Below, one piece after another: positions 48,109 to 58,491 of a stretch of DNA of 64,000 bases (the stretch's first letter is position 1; every line of letters starts with the position of its first letter). The stretch is from NCBI GenBank assembly GCA_964492615.1, contig CAZBKZ010000002.1, positions 1,323-65,322 of the forward strand, given 5' to 3'. The translations under genes and the position numbers were made by a program. The notes under the pieces were generated by a model, which was given only the letters and a program-made list of their open reading frames with translations, searched no databases and had not been told where the DNA came from. Source of the stretch: an uncultured Syntrophomonadaceae bacterium (GTDB taxonomy: Bacteria; Bacillota; Dethiobacteria; DTU022).

Positions 48109-48603
48109 TTGCAAGAGATACTGAAGGATATGGTAGAAAAATACAGCGATAAAATATACCGCCTGGCATTACGTTACACGGGGGATCGCGAACAGGCCAG
48201 GGATATAACCCAGGATACGTTCCTTCGCGCTTACAAAAAACTGGATAAGTTTGATCGCTCTAAGAGTGCCGGCCCATGGCTTTTTAAAATAGCAACCAAC
48301 CTTTGTCGTAACTGGCTGCGTGATAACAGGGAGGTTCCGGTGGAAAGCCTGGATGAATTCAATATGAGAGCGGAAAACAGCCCTGAGTCAATTGTAATCA
48401 GGCAGGAAAATGACCGTGAGTTGGCTGAGGCCCTTGATCGCCTGCCAATTATGTATCGGGAAGTAATACTTATGAAACATGCAGCCGATATGAGTTATGC
48501 AGATATTGCTGATGTTCTCGGACTTAAACTGAGCCTGGTTAAAAACAGGCTTTACCGGGGCAGGATGCTGCTCAGAGACCTGTTGGAGAAGGAGAGTGTA
48601 TAA
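48109..48603 (+). CDS. ECF-type sigma-70 family RNA polymerase sigma factor.
   Basis: Region 2 (IYRLALRYTGDREQARDITQDTFLRAY) and region 4 are present. TTG start with an AGGTGG RBS. Confidence 0.85.
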   Translation: MQEILKDMVEKYSDKIYRLALRYTGDREQARDITQDTFLRAYKKLDKFDRSKSAGPWLFKIATNLCRNWLRDNREVPVESLDEFNMRAENSPESIVIRQENDRELAEALDRLPIMYREVILMKHAADMSYADIADVLGLKLSLVKNRLYRGRMLLRDLLEKESV

Positions 48604-48606
48604 AAA

Positions 48607-49086
48607 ATGAAAAACTGCCCGGATATAATCACTATACAGTCCTTTCTCGATGGAGAAGAGAGTGACGAGCAATTAATAAAACATTTGCGAACCTGCCCGG
48701 TTTGCCTTGCTGCCCGCATCAATCTTGAAAAAACAATTAGCCTGGCGGAATGCTTGAACAGTCCTGCTGTTCTGCCAGAAGATTTTTTTGAATGCTTAAC
48801 CGAAAGAATCCAGCCAAAACCTTTCCCAGCGATCCTTGTTTCAGCGGTAATCTTTTTACTGGCCATCTTTTCTGCTTACTTGCTGAACCCGGGGTATCTT
48901 CAATGGTGGCTCTCGGTAGGCATAATCAACCAGTTTGGTTATATTATGGATGTATTTATAGATTTTCTATATTTCAGCCATTATATCGGGCCTTCCGGGT
49001 TGATTGCAGGGCTTGTTTTTCTGGTGGTTGTGGAAGTATTAATTCTAAACAAGTTAAGAAATGTGGAGGGACAAAGAAATGCATAA
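48607..49086 (+). CDS. Anti-sigma factor (zinc-binding HxxxCxxC, single TM).
   Basis: HLRTCPVCLAA motif and a TM helix. It immediately follows the sigma factor gene. Confidence 0.75.
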   Translation: MKNCPDIITIQSFLDGEESDEQLIKHLRTCPVCLAARINLEKTISLAECLNSPAVLPEDFFECLTERIQPKPFPAILVSAVIFLLAIFSAYLLNPGYLQWWLSVGIINQFGYIMDVFIDFLYFSHYIGPSGLIAGLVFLVVVEVLILNKLRNVEGQRNA

Positions 49087-50446
49087 TAAAGGATTAGTAA
49101 AATATTATTTAATAGCTGTTATCATGGTTTTATCCTGCCTGCTGCTTGCGCTTCCGGTTACAGCCCAGGAAGGTTCTGTAATCAATGAAGATATAAATAA
49201 GACAGCGGGTGACCTGGAAATACCCGGTGGAACAACTGTTAACGGTGATGTAGCCCTGAATGTGGGGAACCTTAAAGTCTTGGGTATTATCAACGGCAAT
49301 GTAAATAATAATATGGGCCAGGTTACCGTGGATGGCGATGTGAATGGCGATGTTGAAACCAACATGGGCCAGGTTCTGGTTAACGGCAACGTGAGTGGTA
49401 ATGTAAAAACTCGCATGGGAGAAATTATCATTAATGGCTCTGTTGGCGGTAATCTTGAATCTGACCTTGGTGAGGCAGGGGTTAGCGGTTCGGTTGGTGG
49501 TGATGTTTATTCCGGTTTTGGCGAACTGCGTATTACTGGTTTAGTAGCCGGTAATGTAAGCAGTAATGGCGGTAAAATCATTATCGATGGTATTGTCGAA
49601 GGAGATGTCACCCTTGATCAGGGAGTGATTGAACTCGGTCCCAACGCTGTAGTAACCGGTAAAGTATATGTTAGACGCGGAATGATAGAAAAGGCAGACC
49701 ATGCAATGATCGGCTCCGTTGAAATTGGGGAGGAGATGCTGTTTGAAGAGAGCGACAGGATTGAAACAGGTTCCGGTTATCACTTTGAAGGCCTTGATGA
49801 CAGTGAACATATTATAGAAACAGTATCCTCCAGAATTGTTGAAGAAGTTAGAAGAGGTCTGGATGATCTACCCTTCATTCCAGGTTTTAACTGGGATTGG
49901 AGTTTAAAACATAATCCATTTATGAATTTTTATGGGAATACAGCCCGGGGCATTATTAATATGCTGATCATGTTCGCTCTTGCTGCGCTTACTCACACAC
50001 TTTTCCCGAAGAACGTTAAAGCGGCTGGTGCAGCGGTTACAACAAAACCAGGACCGGTTGCAGGCTGGGGTTTGCTCGCTCTTATCCTCGCCGTGCCCCT
50101 GATGTTTGTACTGGTTTTAACAATCATCGGGATACCTCTGGTGGTTGTTGAAGTAATTCTTCTGGCGGCTGCAGGGATACTCGGTTACACGGGTATCACT
50201 TATCTGCTGGGCGGCAAGATCATTGATGCCGCATCTTCAAAGCCTGCCAATCCACTTGGGTCAATTGCCCTTGGGGTGCTGATACTTGGGTTTGTTGGCA
50301 TGGTTCCCATCATTGGTGGACTGGTTACGGTAGTTATCTATATATTTGCTATCGGAACTGCCCTGGTAACACGCTTTGGAACAAAACATCCCGAAGACGA
50401 GGCAGTAACTTTTGTTGAGCAGCCTGAGGAGACAGAGAAACAGTAG
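49079..50446 (+). CDS. Membrane-anchored bactofilin-like (polymer-forming cytoskeletal / DUF583) repeat protein.
   Basis: N-terminal signal/TM. Tandem G(D/N)V.G.V repeats. C-terminal multi-TM region. ATG 49079 has a GGAGGG RBS. Confidence 0.7.
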   Translation: MHNKGLVKYYLIAVIMVLSCLLLALPVTAQEGSVINEDINKTAGDLEIPGGTTVNGDVALNVGNLKVLGIINGNVNNNMGQVTVDGDVNGDVETNMGQVLVNGNVSGNVKTRMGEIIINGSVGGNLESDLGEAGVSGSVGGDVYSGFGELRITGLVAGNVSSNGGKIIIDGIVEGDVTLDQGVIELGPNAVVTGKVYVRRGMIEKADHAMIGSVEIGEEMLFEESDRIETGSGYHFEGLDDSEHIIETVSSRIVEEVRRGLDDLPFIPGFNWDWSLKHNPFMNFYGNTARGIINMLIMFALAALTHTLFPKNVKAAGAAVTTKPGPVAGWGLLALILAVPLMFVLVLTIIGIPLVVVEVILLAAAGILGYTGITYLLGGKIIDAASSKPANPLGSIALGVLILGFVGMVPIIGGLVTVVIYIFAIGTALVTRFGTKHPEDEAVTFVEQPEETEKQ

Positions 50447-51913
50447 TTAGTCTATCTCCAGTATTGAAAGCAGGTGGTCTTCCAGGGCTTTACGGGTGAT
50501 CACCTGCTTGAATTTAATCTCTTTTTTGCCAAGTTTACTCAGGTTCTCCGGCGCATCAATCCCGGTTAGTTTGACCAGTTCATCAAGGATGGTCAGTTCT
50601 GATTTTTGTTTTACCGCGTCAGGGCCTTTGAGAGCCTTCATAACACTGCCTGCAAACTTAAAAGGGCTAGCCGTGGAAAGTATTATACTGGGCCGATTGT
50701 CGGCTGTATCTGCAATATAACTGTCCAGTACTGCTTTGCCTACGGCAGTGTGGGTATCAACCAGGTATTTATAATCCCTGTAAACGGATTTAATAGTGGA
50801 TAGGGTTTTTTTATCACCTGCAAAACCGGCGTAGAAAAGTTGACCAAGTTTTTCATGAGTCTGTTGGTCTACCCTGTAAGAACCTTTTTCCCTGAGTTGA
50901 TTCATCCAAAAAGATATTTTTTCTGGATCGTGGCTGTTTAGTTCGAATAAAAGCCTTTCTAAATTGCTTGAAATCAGGATATCCATCGAAGGAGAAAGGG
51001 TCAGGCTTAAACGACGGTTACTGTCGTAAATGCCGGTATTAATGAAATCAGAAAGTATATTATTCTGGTTGGAAGCGCAGATCAGCTTGTTAACGGGCAA
51101 GCCCAGGCGCCGGGCATAATAACCGGCCAGGATGTTGCCAAAGTTTCCTGTAGGGACTACATAGTTAACCGCTTCTCCAGCCCGGATCTGTTTATTATCG
51201 ACAAGGGACAGGTATGCCTGAAAGTAATATACTAACTGGGGCAGCAGTCGGCCCCAGTTGATCGAATTTGCAGAGGTGAGCTGGAAGCCATGGCTGGCCA
51301 GGTGTGACGCCAGTTTGCTATTGCTAAAGATTTCCTTGACTCCCCGCTGGGTATCATCAAAATTACCCGTCACAGCTGTAACTGATACGTTGCTTCCTTC
51401 CTGGGTTACCATCTGTAGCTTTTGGATTTCACTGACCCCGTTATCCGGGTAAAAGACAACTATCTTTATTCCGGGGATGTCGCGAAAACCCTCAAGGGCT
51501 GATTTTCCCGTATCTCCGGATGTAGCTGTCAGGATTACCAGCTCATCTTTATAGCCGGTATTGTCGAGCGCAGTTTTCAGCAGGTGAGGCAGAACCTGCA
51601 GGGCTATATCCTTGAATGCCGATGTCGGGCCGTGCCATAGCTCCAGTATGAAGAGGTTTTCAGATAACTTCTGCAGGGGGGTGACCAGTTTATGATCGAA
51701 GTTTCCCGAACTATAAGCTTTCTGTAAGGCGTTTTTTATTTCTATATCTCTGAAACCGGAGAGAAAGGGTTTAAAAATTTTGAAGGCCAGTTCAGGATAA
51801 TCATGAGCGGGCATTTTTTCAATATTCAGTGATAAATCACTTTCAGAGGGGACAAAAAGCCCGCTGTCGGGGGCCAGGCCCCTGATTATCGCTTCAGCTG
51901 CGTTGATTTTCAT
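50447..51913 (-). CDS. thrC: Threonine synthase (long form).
   Basis: PLP-Lys motif HGPTSAFKD. N-terminal MKINAAEAIIRGLAPDSGLFVP. Start set at the internal ATG with an AGGGG RBS; the track ORF extends 10 codons further to a TTG. Confidence 0.85.
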   Translation of the reverse strand: MKINAAEAIIRGLAPDSGLFVPSESDLSLNIEKMPAHDYPELAFKIFKPFLSGFRDIEIKNALQKAYSSGNFDHKLVTPLQKLSENLFILELWHGPTSAFKDIALQVLPHLLKTALDNTGYKDELVILTATSGDTGKSALEGFRDIPGIKIVVFYPDNGVSEIQKLQMVTQEGSNVSVTAVTGNFDDTQRGVKEIFSNSKLASHLASHGFQLTSANSINWGRLLPQLVYYFQAYLSLVDNKQIRAGEAVNYVVPTGNFGNILAGYYARRLGLPVNKLICASNQNNILSDFINTGIYDSNRRLSLTLSPSMDILISSNLERLLFELNSHDPEKISFWMNQLREKGSYRVDQQTHEKLGQLFYAGFAGDKKTLSTIKSVYRDYKYLVDTHTAVGKAVLDSYIADTADNRPSIILSTASPFKFAGSVMKALKGPDAVKQKSELTILDELVKLTGIDAPENLSKLGKKEIKFKQVITRKALEDHLLSILEID

Positions 51914-52151
51914 TTTGTAACCCCTGGTGCTATAGTATTGCAATGAAGATACCTCCCTCGATTAATTTTTTTGATTATATCAAATTAAACAACTTGCTGC
52001 TTGTGGATTGTTCGCATAAAATGGTTAGTGTCGGCATTTTCCTGTGGCAGGCCTGGTCAATAAATACCGGGTTATGCTTTTCCCGGCAGATGTTGAACCG
52101 TTCAGGAGACAGGTAAAATCGCCATATTCCAGTAAGGGGTGTGAACAGAAA

Positions 52152-53366
52152 GTGAAATATTTAGTGATTCTGGGAGACGGTATGTCCGATTATCCCAATG
52201 ATCTATTCGGGGGCAAAACCGCTCTTCAATTCGCCCGCACGCCAAATCTTGATCGTATTGCTGCTGAAGGTGAGATTGGCCTGGTTAAAACAATTCCGAA
52301 GGGTTTGCCGCCGGGTAGCGATACAGCAAATCTTTCCGTAATCGGTTATGATCCGAACCTTTATTATACAGGAAGATCACCATTTGAAGCGGCCAGCCTT
52401 GGTATTGAACTGCTGCCTGAAGATGTTTCCTTCCGCTGCAACCTGGTCACCCTGTCGGGCGAAAACAGTTACAGGGATAAAAGCATGGTTGATTATGCTG
52501 CAGGCGAGATATCAACAGCTGAAGCCGGAGAGTTAATCCAGTCAATTGCAGCTGCGCTGGAAACAGAAATGATCAAGTTCTACAGGGGGTTTCGCTACCG
52601 TCACATTATGGTTTGGCGGGGAATAGCGGACCAATGGAACTTAACCCCGCCTCATGATATCAGCGGGCGGGCAATAGGCAAGTATCTTCCAGCCGGTGTC
52701 AAAGCAGATCAGCTGACCGATATTATGGAGAAAAGCAGTGTAATCCTTTCTGAACATCCGGTTAACCTGAAAAGATTTGAGAAGGGGCTTAATCCGGCTA
52801 ACTCGATCTGGATCTGGGGTAATGGACGCAGGCCTTTGCTACCTTCATTCAAAAAAGTTTACGGTTTAAATGGTGCGGTTATTTCTGCTGTTGATTTAAT
52901 CAAGGGCCTGGGAATTCTTGCCGGATTGGATAGTATAAATGTTGATGGCGCAACCGGCGATATTGATACTAACTATGAAGGCAAGGTATCGGCTGCCCTG
53001 TCAGCATTAAAAGGCGGGCATGATTTTGTTTACTTGCACGTTGAGGCTCCTGATGAATGTTCTCATCGCTTTGAAGCGGGAAACAAGGTCAGGGCAATTG
53101 AGCTGATTGATGAAAAAGTAGTCCAGCCTTTATGGAGTGACCTGGAGAAGAACGGCATAGAGTTTTCCCTATTGCTTGCTGCAGATCACGCCACACCTCT
53201 TTCTCTTGGAACGCACACGGATGATCCGGTTCCCTATGCTATTTATCGGAGCAACAAGTCCGGAAAAGTTGGAAAATTTAGGTATGATGAAAAAAGTGCA
53301 TCCGAGAGCGGGATTTGTTTTGAAGAAGGCTATAAACTGATGAAACATTTTTTACAGCAGGAATAA
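52152..53366 (+). CDS. Cofactor-independent phosphoglycerate mutase, archaeal type (ApgM-like). This family is proposed as a non-orthologous homoserine kinase.
   Basis: VKYLVILGDGMSDYP metalloenzyme N-terminus. GTG 52152 has an AAGGGGTG RBS. Divergent from thrC. Confidence 0.75.
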   Translation: MKYLVILGDGMSDYPNDLFGGKTALQFARTPNLDRIAAEGEIGLVKTIPKGLPPGSDTANLSVIGYDPNLYYTGRSPFEAASLGIELLPEDVSFRCNLVTLSGENSYRDKSMVDYAAGEISTAEAGELIQSIAAALETEMIKFYRGFRYRHIMVWRGIADQWNLTPPHDISGRAIGKYLPAGVKADQLTDIMEKSSVILSEHPVNLKRFEKGLNPANSIWIWGNGRRPLLPSFKKVYGLNGAVISAVDLIKGLGILAGLDSINVDGATGDIDTNYEGKVSAALSALKGGHDFVYLHVEAPDECSHRFEAGNKVRAIELIDEKVVQPLWSDLEKNGIEFSLLLAADHATPLSLGTHTDDPVPYAIYRSNKSGKVGKFRYDEKSASESGICFEEGYKLMKHFLQQE

Positions 53367-53452
53367 ACTAAACTGGCAAGAAGATATAAGCTATGAAATG
53401 AAGAAATATTTAGTTTGATCAAAACAGATTAAATTTCCGGAGGGAAAACTAT

Positions 53453-55369
53453 ATGGCAGAAAACCTAACTCGTAAAATATTGAAACAGCATCTTGTGGAG
53501 GGAAAACTGGAAAAAGGTGAAGAGGTAGGCATTCGTATTGATCAAACCTTAACCCAGGACGCTACAGGGACGATGGCCTACCTGCAATTTGAAGCAATGG
53601 GTATAGATAAGGTTAAAACTGAAATGTCTGTAAGTTATGTTGACCACAACACCCTGCAAAATGGTTTTGAAAATGCAGATGATCATCGCTATCTGCAAAC
53701 AGCAGCAGCACGATACGGGGCCTGGTTTTCCAGGCCTGGTAACGGGATTTGCCACCAGGTGCACCTGGAACGTTTTGGTATTCCCGGTAAAACCCTGCTC
53801 GGATCAGATAGCCACACTCCTACAGCAGGTGGTATTGGTATGCTTGGTATTGGCGCCGGAGGCCTCGATGTAGCTGTTGCCATGGGCGGGGGGCCTTTCT
53901 ATTTAACCATGCCTGAAGTGCTTAAAGTAAACCTGGAAGGAACCCTGTCTCCCTGGGTGGGTGCCAAGGATATCATTCTTGAAGTTCTGCGCCGTTTGTC
54001 GGTGAAAGGCGGGGTGGGTAAAATAATTGAGTACGGGGGACCGGGTGTTACTACTTTAACCGTTCCTGAAAGGGCAACTATAACAAACATGGGCGCTGAA
54101 CTGGGAGCAACCTCTTCTCTTTTTCCCAGTGACGAAATGACCCGCAAATACATGATCAGCCAGGGCAGAGAGAAAGATTGGCTACCCCTGGAGGCAGATG
54201 ACGGAGCCTTATATGATGAAAAAATTACTGTTGATCTGGACAAACTTGTCCCTATGGTTGCCCTTCCCCACAGCCCTGATAATGTAAAAGCTGTCTGTGA
54301 ACTTGATAAAATTAAGGTTGATCAGGTTGCCGTGGGCAGCTGTACCAACAGTTCTTATCAGGACTTATACCTGTTTGCCGAGCTGCTGAAAGGAAAGGTT
54401 GTTCATCCGCATGTCAGCCTGGTTGTTGCTCCGGGATCACGGCAGGTTTATATGAGCCTGGCCCGGGATGGAATTATAGAAACCCTGATTTCTTCCGGGG
54501 CTCGTATTCTGGAGACAGCATGTGGCCCCTGTATAGGAATGGGACAGGCTCCACCTTCCGGTGGGGTATCTGTAAGAACATTTAACCGCAATTTTACCGG
54601 TCGCAGTGGGACTGCTGACGCCAGTGTTTACCTGGCCGGGCCGGCGGTTGCTGCGGCAGCAGCACTGCAGGGATATTTAATAGACCCCAGGGAATTGGGT
54701 GAATACCCGGTTATCCCCGAGATGCCTGATCCGGCCATTGACGATCGAATGATTATATCTCCACCTGCAGACGGAAAAGATATAGAAGTTATCAGGGGGC
54801 CGAATATTAAACCGATTCCGGTTAATACACCTTTGCCCGATAAATTCACCCTTAAGGTATTGCTCCACCTGGGCGATAATATTACTACGGACCACATTTT
54901 GCCCGGGGGGTCGAAAGTTCTTCCGCTGCGTTCAAATATTGAGGCCCTTAGTGAATATACTTTTTCTGCTTTGGACGAAAGTTTTACCGAACGGGCAAAA
55001 CAATCAGGGGGCGGCATTGTTGTTGCCGGGGATAATTATGGCCAGGGTTCAAGCCGGGAGCACGCTGCTCTTGCTCCGATGCACCTGGGACTAAAGGCAG
55101 TTTTGGCCAAATCGTTTGCCCGTATTCACAGGGCTAATCTGGTTAATTTTGGCATTTTACCGCTTATTTTTTGCAGTGATGATGAATATAATAGCCTGTC
55201 TGCAGGAGATGAGCTGGTTATAGAAGAACCGGGAGAACAGCTGAAGAGCGAGGTTGTAATAATTAAGAACATCAGTAAAAACAGGGAAATCAAGGCCAGG
55301 CACGGTCTTTCGCCAAGGCAGCTGGATTTGATTAAGGCCGGGGGGTTGCTTAATTATACCAGTAAGTAA
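53453..55369 (+). CDS. Aconitase-family hydratase (fused LeuC-like plus LeuD-like swivel domains); putative aconitate hydratase.
   Basis: QDATGTMA, SYVDHN, the Fe-S Cys ligands, and C-terminal GDNYGQGSSREHAALAP. Confidence 0.8.
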   Translation: MAENLTRKILKQHLVEGKLEKGEEVGIRIDQTLTQDATGTMAYLQFEAMGIDKVKTEMSVSYVDHNTLQNGFENADDHRYLQTAAARYGAWFSRPGNGICHQVHLERFGIPGKTLLGSDSHTPTAGGIGMLGIGAGGLDVAVAMGGGPFYLTMPEVLKVNLEGTLSPWVGAKDIILEVLRRLSVKGGVGKIIEYGGPGVTTLTVPERATITNMGAELGATSSLFPSDEMTRKYMISQGREKDWLPLEADDGALYDEKITVDLDKLVPMVALPHSPDNVKAVCELDKIKVDQVAVGSCTNSSYQDLYLFAELLKGKVVHPHVSLVVAPGSRQVYMSLARDGIIETLISSGARILETACGPCIGMGQAPPSGGVSVRTFNRNFTGRSGTADASVYLAGPAVAAAAALQGYLIDPRELGEYPVIPEMPDPAIDDRMIISPPADGKDIEVIRGPNIKPIPVNTPLPDKFTLKVLLHLGDNITTDHILPGGSKVLPLRSNIEALSEYTFSALDESFTERAKQSGGGIVVAGDNYGQGSSREHAALAPMHLGLKAVLAKSFARIHRANLVNFGILPLIFCSDDEYNSLSAGDELVIEEPGEQLKSEVVIIKNISKNREIKARHGLSPRQLDLIKAGGLLNYTSK

Positions 55370-55430
55370 TAACGATTTTTCAGCCACCAGGCGAACAATT
55401 AAACCAGAATAAACAAAAGGTGGTTTAAAA

Positions 55431-57056
55431 ATGAGTTCAAACGGCAGGGTAGGCGGAATTAAGGCAGTAACAGCTCAGATTGCGGAAAATGAAGCAAAAA
55501 TAAGGTCAATGTTGCAGGAACTGTTTATTCTTTTACGCTTAAGCGGTTCGATTAGCGACAGTTCGGACAACATACTACTTGACCAGCTCCAGGAGTTTGA
55601 GAGGTACCTGGAAAAAGCCAGAGGCGATATAAATAATATCTATGGTAATGCAGACAGGCTAATTGATGATTCCAAAGAACTGGACCGGGTTGTTGGTGAA
55701 ACTATTGCCAAAACCCGGTCCATTGTTGATAGTGTGGAAGCCACCGGCAGTTCAATGAATTATATGCAGGGTTCGTTCCAGGAAATGGTCGATCTGTTTT
55801 CCGGGGTAAAGGAGGCTTCTCTCGAAGTTATCAAAGGTGTTTCAAGTATAGAGGCAATAGCTTCGCAGACTAATCTTCTGGCTTTAAATGCTGCAATTGA
55901 AGCGGCACAGGCCGGGGTCCACGGCAAGGGCTTTGCAGTGGTGGCCGAGGAAGTAAAAAAACTTGCTGATGCCAGCAGTTCAATTACAAAGGATATTGTC
56001 GGACTGCTTGAGAACCTTGAGGAACGGATGACCATGGCTGAATCGGCAATGGCTGCTTTTCAGGAAAAACATGGAGAAGTTACAGAAAATATTAAAAAAG
56101 AGGACGAAGATATCAGGTATACCCTTGACAGCCTTACAGGAGTAAGTGAGTCCCTGCAGAATGTAACAGGACTGGTTGAAGCCCAGTCGCAGTCAACTAA
56201 AGAAGTAATCGGACATATTTCATCTGCAGCAAAAAATGTGGATAAAGTAATTGAAGAGTCGAAGAAGGTTGATATTACAACAGAGGAAATCAACAGCGGG
56301 GCAACAAAGCTGAATAAGGTTATAACCAGCCAGTTTGAAGATGTGATGGATTTAAAAAAAGTAGTTTTTTCAGCCACTCCTTTTCTTAAACGAAAAGACC
56401 TGGTAATTGCCCATGATGATGCCTTTCCTCCATGGGTTTTTGTCAAGGAAGGTAACTCAAGCGGGATCAGTGTTGATATTTTTCGTTTGATCACGGAGCG
56501 GCTCGGTATGAAAGGTTTATTCGTTGGAGCAACCTGGAGCTCGGTATTTCCCATGCTGACAGAGAGGCGATTTGATTTGATTCTGAACGCAGGTTGGCCG
56601 AATCCCTATTTTGACTCTTTTCCCATTATTGCATCTGAAGCTTATGTTCAATTTGAGCCTGTTATCTTCAGAAAAGAAGCCGCTCGGGAAGAAAAGGTAG
56701 CATTAAAAGATTTACGAGGCAAAAAAGTAGGAGTGCAGAGAGCAGGGCTGGGTGCGGGATTACTCAAGGAAGCAGGCGCCCTGGTAAATGAATATGACAG
56801 TGATGCATTCAGTTTTCTCGACCATTTCTGGGGTAAAACCGATTATGTAGTTGCTGAAAAGATGGTTGGAACCAGGCTCAACCGGGAGTATTTCCAAAAT
56901 AATATCAAAGTAGTCAGTGAACCGATCGAAAAGATGGAAGTAGTCTGCCTGGCACATGAAAAAAATTCCAGGCTAATTGCCAAAATCAATGATGAAATTA
57001 TTAATATGAAAAACTCTTCTACAATAAATGATATAAAGGCGGCTTTTATTAATTGA
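55431..57056 (+). CDS. Soluble protein with an MCP signalling domain, fused to a C-terminal PBPb / SBP_bac_3-like solute-binding domain.
   Basis: Highly conserved MCP core [36 protein letters not shown]. No TM helices. The C-terminal ~230 aa resemble periplasmic amino-acid-binding proteins. Confidence 0.7.
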   Translation: MSSNGRVGGIKAVTAQIAENEAKIRSMLQELFILLRLSGSISDSSDNILLDQLQEFERYLEKARGDINNIYGNADRLIDDSKELDRVVGETIAKTRSIVDSVEATGSSMNYMQGSFQEMVDLFSGVKEASLEVIKGVSSIEAIASQTNLLALNAAIEAAQAGVHGKGFAVVAEEVKKLADASSSITKDIVGLLENLEERMTMAESAMAAFQEKHGEVTENIKKEDEDIRYTLDSLTGVSESLQNVTGLVEAQSQSTKEVIGHISSAAKNVDKVIEESKKVDITTEEINSGATKLNKVITSQFEDVMDLKKVVFSATPFLKRKDLVIAHDDAFPPWVFVKEGNSSGISVDIFRLITERLGMKGLFVGATWSSVFPMLTERRFDLILNAGWPNPYFDSFPIIASEAYVQFEPVIFRKEAAREEKVALKDLRGKKVGVQRAGLGAGLLKEAGALVNEYDSDAFSFLDHFWGKTDYVVAEKMVGTRLNREYFQNNIKVVSEPIEKMEVVCLAHEKNSRLIAKINDEIINMKNSSTINDIKAAFIN

Positions 57057-57092
57057 GGTAAAGTAATATAAATACCTGATTATGAAACGAGA

Positions 57093-57464
57093 TCAATATG
57101 CTGCTGCAATAGCGCAGGCATAGGGCGGTTCATGACTCATTGAAATCGATATGCCGTTAATATGCTTTTCTCGAGCCATTTGTGCTGTTATCCCCTTTAG
57201 TTTCACCTGCGGTTGTCTCCCGCCGGGAGCGAGCACTTCAATCTCGTTTAGGGCAGCCGGCCCTATGCCACAGCCTATAGCTTTCAGAACCGCCTCCTTG
57301 GCTGCAAAAGCAGCTGCCAGGGTTTCAATTTTTGATCCCCTGGCTGTAAAGAGCTCTTTTTCCCGTATTGATAAAACCCTGTCTAAAAAACGCTGGGGAT
57401 ATCTGGTAATAATTCTTTCAATTCTTGTTATATTAACAATATCAACCCCAACCCTGATGGCCAT
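57093..57464 (-). CDS. acpS: Holo-[acyl-carrier-protein] synthase.
   Basis: MAIRVGVDIV N-terminus, EAVLKA motif. 124 aa. Confidence 0.85.
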   Translation of the reverse strand: MAIRVGVDIVNITRIERIITRYPQRFLDRVLSIREKELFTARGSKIETLAAAFAAKEAVLKAIGCGIGPAALNEIEVLAPGGRQPQVKLKGITAQMAREKHINGISISMSHEPPYACAIAAAY

Positions 57465-57663
57465 CACAAACCGCTCCCCTGAGGAATCTTTATAAGCCTT
57501 AATTTGGCAACTCCATTATAACACTATGCCTTCTCAAAAATAATCTGTCTGAATGAATATTGCATTTTAAATTATCCAAATACCTTGCTTTTTTACCCTG
57601 ATTGTGATAATCTTTGGACAATATAGTGCTCCACAGCGGGGCAATTTAGGAGGTAAGTGTTTT

Positions 57664-57861
57664 ATGCAAGGTAAGGTTAAATGGTTTAATCCTGAAAAAG
57701 GGTATGGTTTTATTGAAGTCGAGGAAGGAAAAGATGTATTTGTTCATTACTCGGAAATTCAGGAAGAAGGTTTTAAAACTCTGGAAGAGGGACAGGAAGT
57801 TGAATTTGAGATTGTTGAGGGAAACCGTGGACCACAGGCAGCCAATGTAGTAAAAATTTAA
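57664..57861 (+). CDS. cspA: Cold-shock protein (CspA family).
   Basis: [20 protein letters not shown]1 motif and [11 protein letters not shown]2. GGAGG RBS. The track ORF starts 20 codons upstream without support. Confidence 0.9.
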   Translation: MQGKVKWFNPEKGYGFIEVEEGKDVFVHYSEIQEEGFKTLEEGQEVEFEIVEGNRGPQAANVVKI

Positions 57862-58044
57862 GTTTATCATCTGTGTAATAGCATATTACCCGTAAAACTT
57901 ACAACCGGCTTCAAGCCGGTTTTTATTATTCCATTTTTCAGAGATAGTTTCTTCTGGTAGTTGACATTTGTCGAACACGGTGCTATTCTTTTTCTGGGAT
58001 ATCCGAGTTGTTTGGTCGGAATTGATAGAGAGGGAAATTAAATC

Positions 58045-58488
58045 ATGAAATTATCCGCCAGGGTTGAATATGGTGTCAGGGCAATGGCTGTGCTGGCTGT
58101 TCAATATCCGGCCGGTCCGATATCATTACGCGAGGTCGCTGAAAGGGAAAATATTTCTGTAAAATTTCTTGAACAAATATTTCCCGACTTGCGCAAGGCG
58201 AACCTGGTTATAAGCCTGCGTGGATCACGCGGTGGTTACGCCCTGTCTCTTTCACCCGGCGAGATTAGAGTTGGCGATATTGTCAGGGCTGTAGAGGGGC
58301 CGATAACCCCGGTAAACTGCCTTGATGAAGATCACAAAGGCCCCTGTCTACACGATAGGAGCGCCTGCTTAACCAGGCAGGTTTGGAAAAAACTGCGTGA
58401 CAGGATAAATGATTTTTTAGACGAGGTAACTTTGGTTGAGCTGATTGAGACAAAACAGGTAGCACAGATAAATGGTGGGGAGGTTTAA
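58045..58488 (+). CDS. iscR: Rrf2-family transcriptional regulator (IscR-like, with three Cys cluster ligands).
   Basis: Rrf2 HTH (ISLREVAERENISVKFLEQI). Cys residues in CLDEDHKGPCLHDRSAC. Confidence 0.8.
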   Translation: MKLSARVEYGVRAMAVLAVQYPAGPISLREVAERENISVKFLEQIFPDLRKANLVISLRGSRGGYALSLSPGEIRVGDIVRAVEGPITPVNCLDEDHKGPCLHDRSACLTRQVWKKLRDRINDFLDEVTLVELIETKQVAQINGGEV

Positions 58489-58491
58489 AGG

